Below the pieces are notes generated by a model. The model did no database searches and had not been told where the DNA came from. It saw only the letters and a program-made list of their open reading frames with translations. DNA of 64,000 bases from NCBI GenBank assembly GCA_951406725.2, contig OX597832.1:37944001-38008000 (forward strand). Reading direction: 5' to 3'. The stretch's first letter is position 1. The number at the start of each line of letters is the position of its first letter. Below, in pieces: positions 1 through 14,686 of this stretch. The position numbers and the translations under genes are program-made. This DNA is from Octopus vulgaris (taxonomy: Eukaryota).

Positions 1-200
1 TTTCCAGCGACTTTGAGGGCCACCTCCCAGTGGTGTCGGGCGTCAACGAAGAGCCCTCGACTACAACAAGACGACCAAAGTTGTTTTTTCCCTCAAGGTC
101 TGGGGTCTCCCGCTCCTAAGCCCTGGACCATCACCTAATCACCAACAGTAGCAGCAGCGGCACCACCAATAACAACAACAAGAACGACAGAACACACTCA
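1..200 (+). mobile_element. Possible LINE ORF1 relic
   Basis: GC-rich; reads DFEGHLPVVSG, weakly like Tx1 ORF1 just before its zinc knuckle. No intact CCHC is visible. Confidence 0.25.
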
Positions 201-489
201 AAACCGTTTCTGAAAACATAGGTCAAGCATTGAATGTAGGTGGAGTTGGATTAATAACTCTGACAAGATACCAAGTTTATGGAAGAAATTGAAGGTAACG
301 GGTAGTTGAGGAGAAGCTGAAGAAGGAGGGTAAAGAACAGAGAGATAAAAAAAAACCTAAAATTGTGCACCTATTGTTGTTGTTGGTACGATGGTTGTTA
401 TTTGAAGAAATGGTAAATTTCCTATTGTTTTTGCGAGATGTCCTCTAACTGTGATAAAGATGACGATATCTGCGTGTGTGCGCGCGCGC

Positions 490-533
<44 letters not shown>

Positions 534-700
534 CTTATATTAGTGATTAGACTGCTGGGCCATGCTGGGGCACGGCCTTGAGAAATTTTAGTCGAATGTA
601 TCGATCCCAGTAATTTTTTTAAGCCTAGTATATTTATATATATAATACGCTTTCAAATGACAGAAAAGAGCACTCAATAAATGGTCTGATAAATGTGTGA

Positions 701-755
<55 letters not shown>

Positions 756-1347
756 GCATACATACCTGGAGGAAAAAAAATAAAGAAATTATGTACATGT
801 ATTGTGCACAGTTAATGATTCCCCTTTCTCTCACTTTATGTATGTATGTATGTATGTATATATTCCATTTTGGCCGTAGCCGCATAGAGGAAAGAACTAG
901 AAAGAAATTATATATATGTGTGTATGTATATGTGTGATCATTAAACAGTTAATGATCCCTACTGCATTAGTAAAGCTTCACATAGACAAAGTGTGTCTGA
1001 GATCTAGTTATTTGTGTGTGTGTAATGAGTTTATATATAGAGCTCTGGGTGAAAGTTCAACTAAAGAGACACCACACAGTAGATATGATAAATAATTTTA
1101 GCTTGGGCAAGAAAATAAGGCAGAGGGTGGGTGGGGGCTGTACAGGGAGAGGTAAAGGGAAGGAAAGAAAGAAAGGGAAACACAGATGTAAAAGAGATGG
1201 GAGGTGGTAAGATGATGTAACAATAGGTCTATTCAGTATGATATATATATATATGGCGGGAGAGATTTAATTTTCGTTTGAATCTAGCAAAATAAATATG
1301 TATGTATATATGTGTGTATACCAAGGACTTATATCTACTCTTAACAG

Positions 1348-1396
<49 letters not shown>

Positions 1397-1719
1397 GCAA
1401 TATTCTCACTGAAATATTAAAAGATACCATAATCGTTCTGAATAACAAAAAATAAAATTCAAACAAAAATACGTTAATGGATGAATGTTGAACACGGCAG
1501 ATCTGTAGAAAGCTGACACACTCACATATTAATTTGTGTGTGTGTGAAATTACTCACAAACGCACACATATATAATATATATATACTATATTGTTTGTAT
1601 ATAATATATAAATTCATATTATATATTATATAGTATGCACACATACACATATATATATATATATATATATATTGTATGCATATACTATATATGGTATTGT
1701 ATGTATATTATATATTATG

Positions 1720-1751
<32 letters not shown>

Positions 1752-2279
1752 TATATTGTATATGTATACATCATGTTGTATATATACACATATATATATA
1801 TTAGTGTATGCATATCTTATAACATGTGTGGTATATATTATGTATATTACATATATACACACGCTCATATGTATATTATATATATATATACACACACACG
1901 TATATATTGTACTATATATGTGATATATGTTATGTATATTATATATATAAACATATTACACAGACAAACATACACACACATAACATGTATATGCATGAAG
2001 ACACTGAGTGCAATACAGTCGGACTTTAATCTGGTGAGCTATACACCACCCAGGGATAGGACGCTAGTCCTTCCTCATTCTGCATAATTTAAGAGTAATT
2101 GCATAATGAGGCCTGCAATATTTGACTAAAAACTTATTTACATGCAGGTATTGTGACTCCCAGCAGCCCTACATGTTCTGATAAGAGAATGCAAAAGTGG
2201 TTTCCCCATTCATTTCCATCACTAATTTTCATTTTCCTTATTATTTTCTAAATTTTCCTTGTTAGTAATATACCATCTA

Positions 2280-2480
2280 TTCAGCTGTTGCCAATTCCGA
2301 GAGGGTGAGGGCGAGATTCTACCCCAATATTCCACTGGTATTTTGTTTACTGTCACCCTTTCTACCGTTAACGATAGGCCTTTCGGTAACCTCGGTGGAA
2401 TTCGATCTGAGAGCACCGGCAGAAATACTGCAAACTATTCTGTCCGATGTTCTACGGCCTCTCTTAATGCGCTTCAAGTA
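2280..2480 (-). mobile_element. Old SINE family A relic
   Basis: ..CCACTGGTATTTTGTTT..AACCTCGGTGGAATTCGATCTGAGA.. is a diverged match. Confidence 0.45.
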
Positions 2481-3664
2481 TTGTATTGTATGTATATATT
2501 TTATATATACGATTGTCCCAGTAACATGATAGCCGATCGACCACCAGGTGGCTGATGGACAAAACACCGGATAGAATGCATGGATAAAAGGCAAAGTTGT
2601 GTTTGAAGTTAATGTTGTTGAGTTCTAACTATGCCGAAGTTAGCACTGCCCTTCATCGTCCCAGGGCCGTTAATACCAAGTGAATACTGAACCAATTTAC
2701 ATGTAAATGAGATTATCATGGAGATCAAAATCAACAAATTTCTGAAAGCTCTCAACTGCTTCTGTAGAGCTTTCTAAGAATCTGAAGAAATCTATGACAC
2801 GGTTGCTCTTATTGCCAGCTGATTCTGCGTCTTCGCCCTCTGTCAACTCTTTTGTGATCCCACTACACCCATATTTTGCATCGAGTACCTTATATAAAAT
2901 TCCTGCTTACGTCCACACGTCCTGCATATCAACCATGTCCGCATTCCAGACGCGAGTCTTCTCTTTATTCTTGCAAACTATATCTTTTGTTTTAATAAAC
3001 TTACTTTCAGAATTTTTGATTTTACTCTTACTGCCACGCTTGGACTTTTACTTTACTAAATATTTGGCAACTTCGTGATATCTGAGTTTCTAAGGACAGC
3101 CGGTTTGAAACTGCCTGGAGGACTTCAACAAACAGGAGCTCCTATTCGAAACCGGAAGGAAACCTACTGGCACACAATAAATGTCTCTAATACTCAACTT
3201 CTTGACTGTGTCTGTGCACTGTTGTATGGTTGGTCCATACAATCCAATCATCAACATTAGTTTACCTTAGCAAATAGACAACGGATTGTGGAACCCTAAT
3301 CATATATATCTGCATGCATTCGCATACATACACACAAACATATATATATATATATATATATTTATGTACGTTTGTGTATCTTATGATAAACAGTAAAGAG
3401 ATATCTACAGTCAAGAATGCATCGAGATTAATTAGTTATAAACCCTGCATCATACAAATACACACTGAGGCGTGCGTGCACATATACATATAAACACACA
3501 CGTATAATGTGTGTGTATATATATATATATATACACGCACACACAACATAATTATCTTTACACACTCACTTAGGTCGTTCTTCACACTAATTAGAATTTT
3601 CACGATTTCGAATGTGATGCTATGAGGGAACATATACACGCACTCACACACATTTCTTTATGTA

Positions 3665-3758
<94 letters not shown>

Positions 3759-3769
3759 CACATATATAT

Positions 3770-3990
3770 AAGCAAATCAAAAATAAAAGAAAAACAGGAA
3801 AACGAACAGCAAAAGTCAGTTAGACGAATACAATAAAAATATATCAGATGGAAGTCTTAGATGGAAAAATACCAATGGAAATGATGTTTCGAGCATGGCT
3901 CTTCATCGGGAAGAGGAAGAATGCCAGAGGGGAGAAAAAGGGGGAAAGAACAGATACACACACAGAGACACACTGAGGGATATTAAAGTA
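3770..3990 (-). mobile_element. Degenerate PLE pLTR with hammerhead-like motif at ~3880-3912
   Basis: Minus strand CCGATGA-A-GAGC(CAT)GCTC-GAAAC-ATC; stem I is decayed. Confidence 0.55.
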
Positions 3991-4443
3991 TAATAAAGTA
4001 TGTTCGTATGTATACATCCGAGCTTTTTCACCTTTTTTAAAGAGAAAAGTAGTTAATTTTTCATATATTTCATATTTTAATCTATAACTCCGCATAAATA
4101 CGGTTGAATTTTTCTAATTTTTTCGGTGCAGTTATTTGTGCTATATTCGGAGACAAACTTATTGGAGAAATACTCACACACGCACATTAAGCAAACATTG
4201 CATGTATGCATATCTCCATGGTGATCAGCTTCGGTCCCCTTCACCACAAAACAACTTGAGCAGATCTGCACCCATGCAAATAGGTTGAGCCTATTATAAC
4301 GGGCACGAGGAATTCCCCAGAAGGGACAGAAGTCTAATTTGGTGAAGAACAACAACAGAATCCCCGCTTTAGAGAACATGAAAATAAATAAGTATATACT
4401 TCACAATCGTAACTTTTATTTATCTCTATTGCGAACAGATCTA

Positions 4444-4800
4444 AGGCGGTGGCACAGTAGACAAAATACTTAGCGGCACTTCGGTCGTCTTTACGTGTTG
4501 AGTTCAAATTCCACCGAGCTCGGATTAGTTTTTCATCCTTTCGGAGTCGATATACCATATTTTAATGTATATAAGGAACCCTTTTTTTAATTTGTCAAAA
4601 ATTAGGTTAAAAGAATATGGGAGTTTCTTCTACACGGATAGTATTATAATCCCTTACGAAACCATTTGTTTCAAATTTTAAGTCCCCAAAATAAGGGGGT
4701 TTCTTATACACGATCAAATATGGTAATAAGTACCAGTTGAACACTGGCGTCGATTTGATCGAACAACTTCTTCCCCACTAAATTTCAGGATTTATAGTAG
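4444..4800 (+). mobile_element. Degenerate tRNA-derived SINE (family A), interrupted by the MITE
   Basis: GAGTTCAAATTCC B-box, TTTCATCCTTTCGGAGTCGA..AAGTACCAG central domain. Confidence 0.7.
4555..4723. mobile_element. 169-bp MITE (Tc1/mariner-pogo type) inserted in a SINE
   Basis: TA target duplication at 4553-4554 and 4724-4725. ~30-bp imperfect TIRs: CCATATTTTAATGTATATAAGGAACCC versus revcomp CCATATTTGATCGTGTATAAGAAACCC. It splits the SINE sequence GTCGATA|ATAAGTACCAG. Confidence 0.8.
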
Positions 4801-5991
4801 ATTAGATTATGATTCCTTCTGTTTCTGCTCTCTATAACTACTCACAATTTTATAAATGGCCATAGTATCAAGTGGACACTCTCATACCATATTATTTTCT
4901 TTTAATGTCTTAATTGAAAATACTGCACCTTACAGGCAATGCCGCGTGACACACAGACAATGAATCTAAAAATAACTGTAAACAGAATTTTATTGTAAAA
5001 ATTCGTCGCTTTCAGAGTATGCCATAAAATATTGTTAAAATTTACCAGTGTATAATTTCACAAAACAGGAGAACCAGTTGAGCAATTTAGAGACAAAAAG
5101 AAGTGGTGACATATCTATCGTTTGCAAAGAGGGATAACATATTCAAAACACGGGTTTAGGGAGCGGTAGCTTCAATACTTGCCAAGGACAAATAGGATAA
5201 CCATTAATACAACATCTTAGTGAGGAGAGCCTGGAATAGTTTAGTGAACCGCAAAGTTAAAGAAGAGTCCCTTTGAATATGAAGAGTAGGTAAACGTAGT
5301 TTTAACCGCACCGTGCACTTGTGTTGGTGGTTTATCTGGAATGAGTTGAGATGGTTCGAATCCATGAATCACCAACGCTATGAACAGTAGCCTACCATAG
5401 AAAGGAACAACAGAGACCTGACACTGACATTCCATACACTATTCGCTAGGTTTGTCTGTGTACACATACACACAGAACAATCATCTTTAGTTCTCTCGGT
5501 GAATATAGGATAATAACTGCTCTGAAATGATTTTATAATCGAAACCAGTGAATGCTGATAGATGATTAAACGCTTGGAATAAGGATCTGTTAGTTGACGA
5601 GGATGTATGCATTGCCCCATACACTCAATCATATTTGCATATGTTTTCAGGTAAGGGGGCACGAGCTATGAGAAGATACAAGAAGATTTGAACCTGGATC
5701 TGATGTGATAGGCATATTTGGAAGTTAGTGTACTAAAGAAACAATAGCGCCTTTCTCTCACATGGCCATAACAATATGCTTGAAATTATAACCCAAAACT
5801 TCGCAAATAAACAACCGCCTCAAGTTGTATCTGGCTTCAAAATGGAGATCATATAAAAAGTATTCCTAGAAATCATCACTATGGCGGTTGATCCAAACCA
5901 AACCAAACCAAACCTAGGGACCTCGAACTTAAAGACAGACAACACAGCACACACCAAACGTTGAAGTATTAATTGGTTACAAGACATACAT

Positions 5992-6047
<56 letters not shown>

Positions 6048-6584
6048 ACATGCATATATACATTTAACTTGACGGCGAATTGATGCTTATACACAAGAAC
6101 AAGGATGAAAAATGTTAATATATACTATTATAAATAATGAACGGCGTGTTTATGTGGAGACACCAACTCTCGTCCTGTCGGACTCTCGCGTCATTATATC
6201 CTCTCATATGAATACTTCTCAGAACTAAAATACAGACACGCATAAACACACACATATATATGTTTTTACACACGCATATGCGTGTAAAAGACACATACAC
6301 ACACACGTATGTATATATGCGTGTGGGAGTACATATTTTTAATAGGGGCGTGCTGGAGTTTGTGAAAACAAGTTTCAGTGCACGATATTCCTTGTGGAAT
6401 GATATACAGTCTTACGTACGTATATACATTATAATTAACATAAAATATATATACTATACATACACTAATATAACCCGAACATATACATACACACGTATAA
6501 ATATATATATTATATACATATAAATAAGCACTCATATATGTGAATATATACATATACACATATATAAAAACACATGTACACATG

Positions 6585-6620
<36 letters not shown>

Positions 6621-6695
6621 TATATATATGTATATATATAAACGCACACACACACACATATATACATATATGTGAATATATATACACACACATTA

Positions 6696-6737
<42 letters not shown>

Positions 6738-6856
6738 CACACTTATACACATATATGTGAATATATATGTATATAAAATTCCATCAGGTAAATTATAAAA
6801 ATATTTATTTATAATTCGCGACGTTTTCTGTTTCACACCCACCCACATATATATAC

Positions 6857-6914
<58 letters not shown>

Positions 6915-7619
6915 GTCTGCGTGTGCTTATGATACGATAGACGCATATACATGATATACGTCCATACACCGCCATTGCCGTATATGCGACTGATCCTTAA
7001 ACGTATCCCACTCTGTCGAAGGAGTTGACAAATTTCAGGGCCATAAAGCAATAGGCCATCCATCACATAACCTAATACGTGGGATTCAATGTATATCATG
7101 GGGCGAGACAACACACGCTCGTAGCTTTCTCACCTCTGTGTGCATATCTTCGTTTTGCGTTCACGAACCACCGGGTTCGATCCCACCACGAAGCTCAGCA
7201 ATTTAGGCATCTGTCATTTTGCATGGCATCGGGTTAAACCCATCCATGTGGGGAAAACCGATTAGAAACAGTGAAAGCTGGCTGATAGGAGGTCTTAATT
7301 TGTGAAAGGTAGGGCCTGCGTCTGAGGTTCACTCGACCATTCACACACAATAACAAAACGCGATGGTAGTTTAATTGATTTGGATAACTGGAAAACTAAT
7401 TGTCACTCACACATACACACCTCTGTATGGGCGTGGGTGCGCGCACTCGCCATGCATTTCTTATGAATAAAAATTTTAGGCTCCACACACGTATTGAACG
7501 GTTTATGACACAGTATTTTTAATGCTATTTATATGTATGTATATATATATATATACACAGACACATATGCACAGAGATAAATATATATAAATATACATAT
7601 GTATTTATAATCGTGTATC

Positions 7620-7683
<64 letters not shown>

Positions 7684-7884
7684 GGTGTATTTATTATTGT
7701 ATGTATGTGTGTGTGTGTGTATGTGGATACAGGACGTAACCAACGATGCAAATACCATGAAATACGTAAACAAAGAGTTAAATATTTAAACAACGAGAAA
7801 AAAATTGAAAACAGGACAAGTAGACAGAGAAAGGACCCTTCATCAGTTGTCGGCTGTCTATCTACTCCTCATTTCGAGCATTCA

Positions 7885-7918
<34 letters not shown>

Positions 7919-8648
7919 TCATTTATATATACATAGATATATAATTATATATAGATATTTATACATATATGTGTAGAAATATATATGTGTGTGTGTGGTG
8001 GGGGTTGTATTCAAAATAAATAATATAAGACAACGTAGAAAAAAGCTCAGTCTGTTATAACGACAAAATAATATAGTTTAACAGAGGCAGCACTATTTAT
8101 TCTACAATTACTATTGTATTATTATTATTATTATTATTACTATTATTATTATTATTATTATTACTATTATTACTATTATTATTACTATTACTATTACTAT
8201 TATATGATGTTTCTTGTGAATGCTTTTAAAATCTATTTCACGATTTGAATTATTTTACTTATATTTTTTTTCTTTCTCTTATGGGTATTTTACAATTTAA
8301 ATTTTTTCTTTTACTCCAGCTATCTGCTGCCCTACCATAATTCAAAAACAGAATGAAATGCAAATCCGAAGTTATTATATTTTACAAATTCCCCCCTCAG
8401 ACTTTACGAAGATAGCATATCTTCATGCTTTTCTTTGTTGAGTATTTTTTCTTTATTTTTTTTTGTTAATTCTCTTTGTTTTATATTTGTTTATTAATTT
8501 ATGTTAGCAGTTTCATATTAGTAGTGCAGTTGGTGATATTGCATTAGACAGAACATTCTATCTATCTATCTATCTATGTGTGTTTATGTGTATGTTCATG
8601 TATGCACATATATATATATATACATACATATATATATATATATATATA

Positions 8649-8691
<43 letters not shown>

Positions 8692-8718
8692 CATATATAT
8701 ATTATATACATATATATA

Positions 8719-8751
<33 letters not shown>

Positions 8752-8842
8752 AACACGCACACACATGCACACATACTATTTATGTGTGAGCGTGCGTGTG
8801 TGTGTGCTTGAACATATATAAGTGTGTGGGTATGTTTCTACA

Positions 8843-8879
<37 letters not shown>

Positions 8880-9139
8880 ATAAATCACCATGAGTGTGGC
8901 TTTCTTTTTTCGTTTTTTTCAAAAATATTTTTGTTGTTGTTTTGAATTGCCAGCGAAGCGATTACATTCAATAGGCGTTAATGTACATGTTTGTTGGCCG
9001 GGTGGTAGATTGATGGCAGTGACGATGACGATGATGATGATGATGATGATAAATAAGGATGGAGGTGCCAGCAGCCGCACGGCTGATATTTGTAGCGGTA
9101 TAGTTGAATGTTGCAAAATTACACACACACACATATGTA

Positions 9140-9185
<46 letters not shown>

Positions 9186-9298
9186 GTTTTTATTTCTCTT
9201 TCAATTTCAGAATTATAACTATTAGCGGTTTGAGTTTGGCTGCTCTTTCTAGTGAGTCGAATGTCCTATTATGGCCATTCCTTATATTTTTGACTATA

Positions 9299-9337
<39 letters not shown>

Positions 9338-9724
9338 TTATTTATTTATCGCGAGTGGACAAACGCAAAATGGCTTCCAACGCATTTGGTAGGAGTTTTA
9401 TTTAAGTTAAGAGAGGACAAACCGGTCGCTAACAAAGCGTCAAGACCGTATGTATGGATGGATGGATGTATGTATGTAGTGTATGTATGTATGTATGTAT
9501 GTATGTATGTATGTATGGATGGATGGATGGATGGATGGATGGATGGATGGATGGATGGATGGATGGATGGATGTATGACTTGTTATTTTCATCAATTTAT
9601 ACAAAGCAAATGAATATCTACTGTTGCTGAGATTTAATACATTTTAGTAAAGATGTGAGTTCATAATTATCAATGTGTAATTGTGGCTGTGTGTGTGCAC
9701 AAATACAGGTATAGATATTCTTAA

Positions 9725-9759
<35 letters not shown>

Positions 9760-10122
9760 CACGCAAATTATTTAAGAGTGTGTACCTATTATCATTCCCG
9801 AAGCATAATGAAGTGAATTTTTGGCGGGCTTGAACTAAATATACTAGGTGTGTAGGTGACTGTGTACGTATCTGTCTGCCTCTCTGTCTAGCTACCTCCA
9901 GAATAATTGAGTGTGCACACACGCGCGCTCATATGACTGTAGACCTACATACACACATGAGTATGCTTGTTTATATACACATATATATATATACATATAT
10001 ATAGAGAGAGAGGTACATAGATAGACAGATATAAATAAACATTGATAAATAGATAGACAGATAGATCCATAGATAAGTAAATAAATAGGTAGATAACTAG
10101 ACACATAGGTAAATGAATAGAT

Positions 10123-10123
<1 letters not shown>

Positions 10124-10211
<88 letters not shown>

Positions 10212-10228
10212 GGATGGATAGATAGATA
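10124..10228. repeat. (GATA)n tetranucleotide repeat
   Basis: Seen directly; also (GTAT)n(GGAT)n at 9449-9577 and (TACA)n at 60630-60736. Confidence 0.95.
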
Positions 10229-10979
10229 TGATGTATATAAATTTACATTAAGTTGTATTTCTAAGTCACACACTTCGAAAAACATGGACATAAAAAAAAT
10301 AATTGAATAAATAAAAACCTTTAATGGCGACACATTGACATGATGGAAGTAGTAGTATTAACAGTAGTGTTAGTAGTATAAAGTACTGATATCATGAATA
10401 ATAGCTGTAGTGGTAGTAGTAGTAGTCTGAACACTCGAGGTATCGGATAAGTATTTTTCTGTGCGAGTATTGAAGCAATAAAGACGTGTGTGTGTGTATG
10501 TAAGTGTGTGTGTGTGTGTGTGCATAAGAGTGATGTGATGGTTGTTTTAGACAGCAGTGCCCTCCCTAATTCAGACTCTAACATAACGGACCCCTAGTAA
10601 TCGGTCAAGCGTAACAGCGTAACTCGATTTCACACACATATCCACACGCTCTCAGAAAATGTATACATATCCGCGCGACTACATATATATATATATATAT
10701 ATATATGTAAGTATAAATGTATCGCAATACAACCGATGCGGAATTTGAATAATATCTATCTTAACACAAAACAGAATATATATGTGATTATTGTGTGAGT
10801 GGAAATTGCTAAATATAGCAGCCAAATCTCCTTCACATAGCATTTTAAGGTTCTGATATAGAATATATATATTGGGATAATGTAGTCAGAGACACACTGT
10901 CTAAATAAAAGATGAGATGGTCGTTACTGTAACAAATATAATGGATGATGTTGACCTGTGGCTAATTAACAATACACAC

Positions 10980-11019
<40 letters not shown>

Positions 11020-12130
11020 GTTCAGTTATAATGAAATAATTTTACATTAATCTGATGGGTTACTCTATACTCTCTGGCGTACAAATTTATTATTGTTGTC
11101 GACAGTGACTTCGAAGTTTCGGCCAGCAGCAAAGCCATACGTGTTCAACATTCAAAGATATACATTCGTATGTGCGTTTATATATATATATATATATACA
11201 TTCGTATGTGCGTTTATATATATATATATATATATTCGTTCAACCACGCATATAGTATAAAGGTACGCTGTCATATGTACTCATGCATGTATATTTATGT
11301 ATGTCTATACGTGTATATGCATGTAATAGTCATTTGAAACGGTTTACACCCCACATCACTTGAAGGTAATATTTTATGAATAATAAACGTCGAAAATAAT
11401 TTCACTTGCATCGCTCAAACCCAAACTCCTCATTTTTATGAAGAAAGTAGAATTCGCAACAATTTCCGCCAGGATTGAATCCGAAGCCAAATTTTCGGTA
11501 ACATCGGTGCGCTACTAAGAATTTTTTTAAAATTCATAATTGTATAATCTTAGATTAAATCTGATCTAACAAATCTTAAATAAAAGGTAATCCAGTCACA
11601 TGATCGGCTGATATTTTTGAGTGACGACAGGACGACATTGCCATTATATCTAACATGGTACTAATAGGTATATTAGTATATACCACTGGTATATAACATG
11701 ACTAAAGTTGAATGCTTTATATATAAATATATATATATATTATCAATCACGGAAGGGAAACGAAGGTAAATGTAGTCTCGGGAAATTGAATTTCGTACGT
11801 GCCTGGCTGGAACGAAATGTCGAATGCCATTTCGTCCAGCACACTAACGGACAGAAAAATTATTATTATAATACTATATGACAGAAAAAGTGATCGGGAC
11901 ATGTTGACTGATACTCTACCGATTGCCGATATAATTAGAATTTTATATTCGTATTATTAATTATGTTATGATTATTTAGACATTATGTTTATCAAAATTT
12001 TTCGTTAGTGTTAATTACAGCAGCTAATAATAATAAAAAAATAGTTATCGGTTGCTACAATCTCTTTAATTTACATGAATATCCATACAACCACATCCAT
12101 ATATGTATATATAAAAACACCTAAATATAT

Positions 12131-12162
<32 letters not shown>

Positions 12163-12189
12163 TGCACGACTAAATATATAGGCATACTT

Positions 12190-12280
12190 ATTTCTTTATT
12201 GCCCACAAGGGGCTAAACATAGAGGGGACAAGCAAGGACAGACAAAGGGATTAAGTCAATTACATCGACCCCGGCGGAAT
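12190..12280 (-). mobile_element. Truncated SINE family A (3' part, internal deletion)
   Basis: TTTCTTTATTGCCCACAAGGGGCTAAACATAGAGGGGACAA.. joined at ATCGACC|CCGGCGGAAT. Confidence 0.75.
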
Positions 12281-13004
12281 AAAATATATAAGTATATGTC
12301 TGCACTCACAGTAACGTATAATGCGTGTGTATAAAATGTAGTCTAAAAATAGTGTAGCGTCTACAATTTACTATGAAGCAATAGATATCAACTGGTATTT
12401 GAAACCTTGCCGTTACATCATCCCTAAAATCTTTACTAAGGACGTCCCACGATCAACTCAGGTTCTCTCTACACGGTTGGCTCCAACCTCCAGAAAAATC
12501 GCATTTGATTTTGCCCCAAATGTAGATGACGAAATGGCCACGACTGGATCACTTTAATATACATACACACATATATATTGGTACATACATATGTTGAGCA
12601 CTCACTCTCATCATTTGATCATCCATCTATCTATCTATTTGTATATGTATTTATCTATCTGGATAGATAGATAGATATGGGTATATGTCTATGTACGTAG
12701 TGACTATCACCTGATACCAATAGAACAGTCATTCACACTAAGCACAATTCCAGGCAGAAAACACCTTACTATGTATTTTCTATCAACCACATGGAGTTTG
12801 TACATTTGAACAGTTAAAAACATGCTGACATTTCAACTAGCGACGCTAAACGGGGAAAATCTCAATATATATATATTAGCTACAGATAATCTATACACAT
12901 CATATACACACATATACGTACATTATTATACATACACATGCCTATATTTATATTTACACACACACACACACATATGTATATATATATATGTATATATATG
13001 TGTG

Positions 13005-13060
<56 letters not shown>

Positions 13061-13733
13061 TGTACATATCCAGTCGTACAAAACACATGGAAACAGGCTT
13101 GTATGTATAATCTAATACTATATTTCACAAACAACAGCCATCACAAACAGAGGGTGCCCCTCTATGTCTCACCCATACACACACACACACACATATGCAT
13201 GCGCACACACATGCATGTACACACGTATATATATATAAATATTTTTTATTTATATTCGCAATCACATTTGATTAGTCTTTTTCTCTTCTTTTAATTAAGC
13301 GCCTCTTTTGATCATATTTTGGAAAACAATATACTATGATACATGTTGCTCACTAATTATCATTATTAATGACTAATTTGCAATATTTTCGTCTCTACGT
13401 GCTCTTATTATGTATATATGTGTGTGTGTGTGTGTTTCTGTGTGGAAAAAAAAATGAAACTTATGTATATTATCATAATCATCATTATACACATCAATTA
13501 ACAATTATAGAAGCATTTGTATATTTCACTCGCGTAATTAGGTTTTTAGAATACATCCATCTGTCTCTCATATATAACTGGGTAGCAACCATGTACTCAT
13601 ATATGCGGGCGCGCAAGCACACACACACACACACACACACATACACACATATATATGCATGCATGTATGTATGTATGACTATCAGTTTTACTAACCAACT
13701 CGTCCACCTGCCTATTTATTCCTCTAACTGACC

Positions 13734-13770
<37 letters not shown>

Positions 13771-13777
13771 TATATAT

Positions 13778-13808
<31 letters not shown>

Positions 13809-13827
13809 CACACACACATATATATAT

Positions 13828-13862
<35 letters not shown>

Positions 13863-13945
13863 CACACACATATATATATATATACACACACACATATATA
13901 TATATACACACACACACACATATATATATATAAACATACACATAC

Positions 13946-13992
<47 letters not shown>

Positions 13993-14217
13993 GATAGATA
14001 GATAGATAGATAGGTATATGTGTGCGCATGCTCACATCCTTATCCACTTATATATCTGTGTATAGTTTCCATTTATCTATATGCCTATCTCCATTTTTCA
14101 ACCTACATCACTTAACCTTTCTTTATACGTGTGTTTGTGTATGTGTGTGGTTCGTTATCCATCTACCGTCATCTTTGTATCTGTTTCTTCCCTTCTCTCT
14201 GTATCTCAATACATGTA

Positions 14218-14264
<47 letters not shown>

Positions 14265-14534
14265 AGATATATTTAGTTGTGTCTGGGGAGAGTCATTCTC
14301 TTGTAGTGTCTTATAATTTAACACACTCACCGGCAAAATTTCCACTCATTTACTTATTTACTTTTCTAAAATTTGTTACAAGCGAAATCCCAAAACGAGA
14401 TATATTCATATATCTACCTATGATACATTAACACATACACAGAACTGTGTATGTATATATACATACATATATACAAATATACATACATACATACATGTAT
14501 GTATGTATATATACATACATATATACAAATATAC

Positions 14535-14572
<38 letters not shown>

Positions 14573-14633
14573 TCATACACATACACACACATATATATAT
14601 ATATATATATTCATACACATACAAACACATACC

Positions 14634-14686
<53 letters not shown>

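Noticed and set aside
2810-2990. Possible RTE LINE C-terminus (RGRRRRISW) on the minus strand
   Set aside because: Single short motif across broken frames; not enough to call.
5445-5470. Minus-strand YVYTDKP resembling the ZF4-5 linker HVHTSDKP
   Set aside because: No flanking Cys/His pattern; the region more likely holds a decayed LINE.
7120-7150. Minus-strand ..CACAGAGGTGAGAAAGCT (GEKAT) as Zic exon 2
   Set aside because: Not followed by PF-x-C; no zinc finger.
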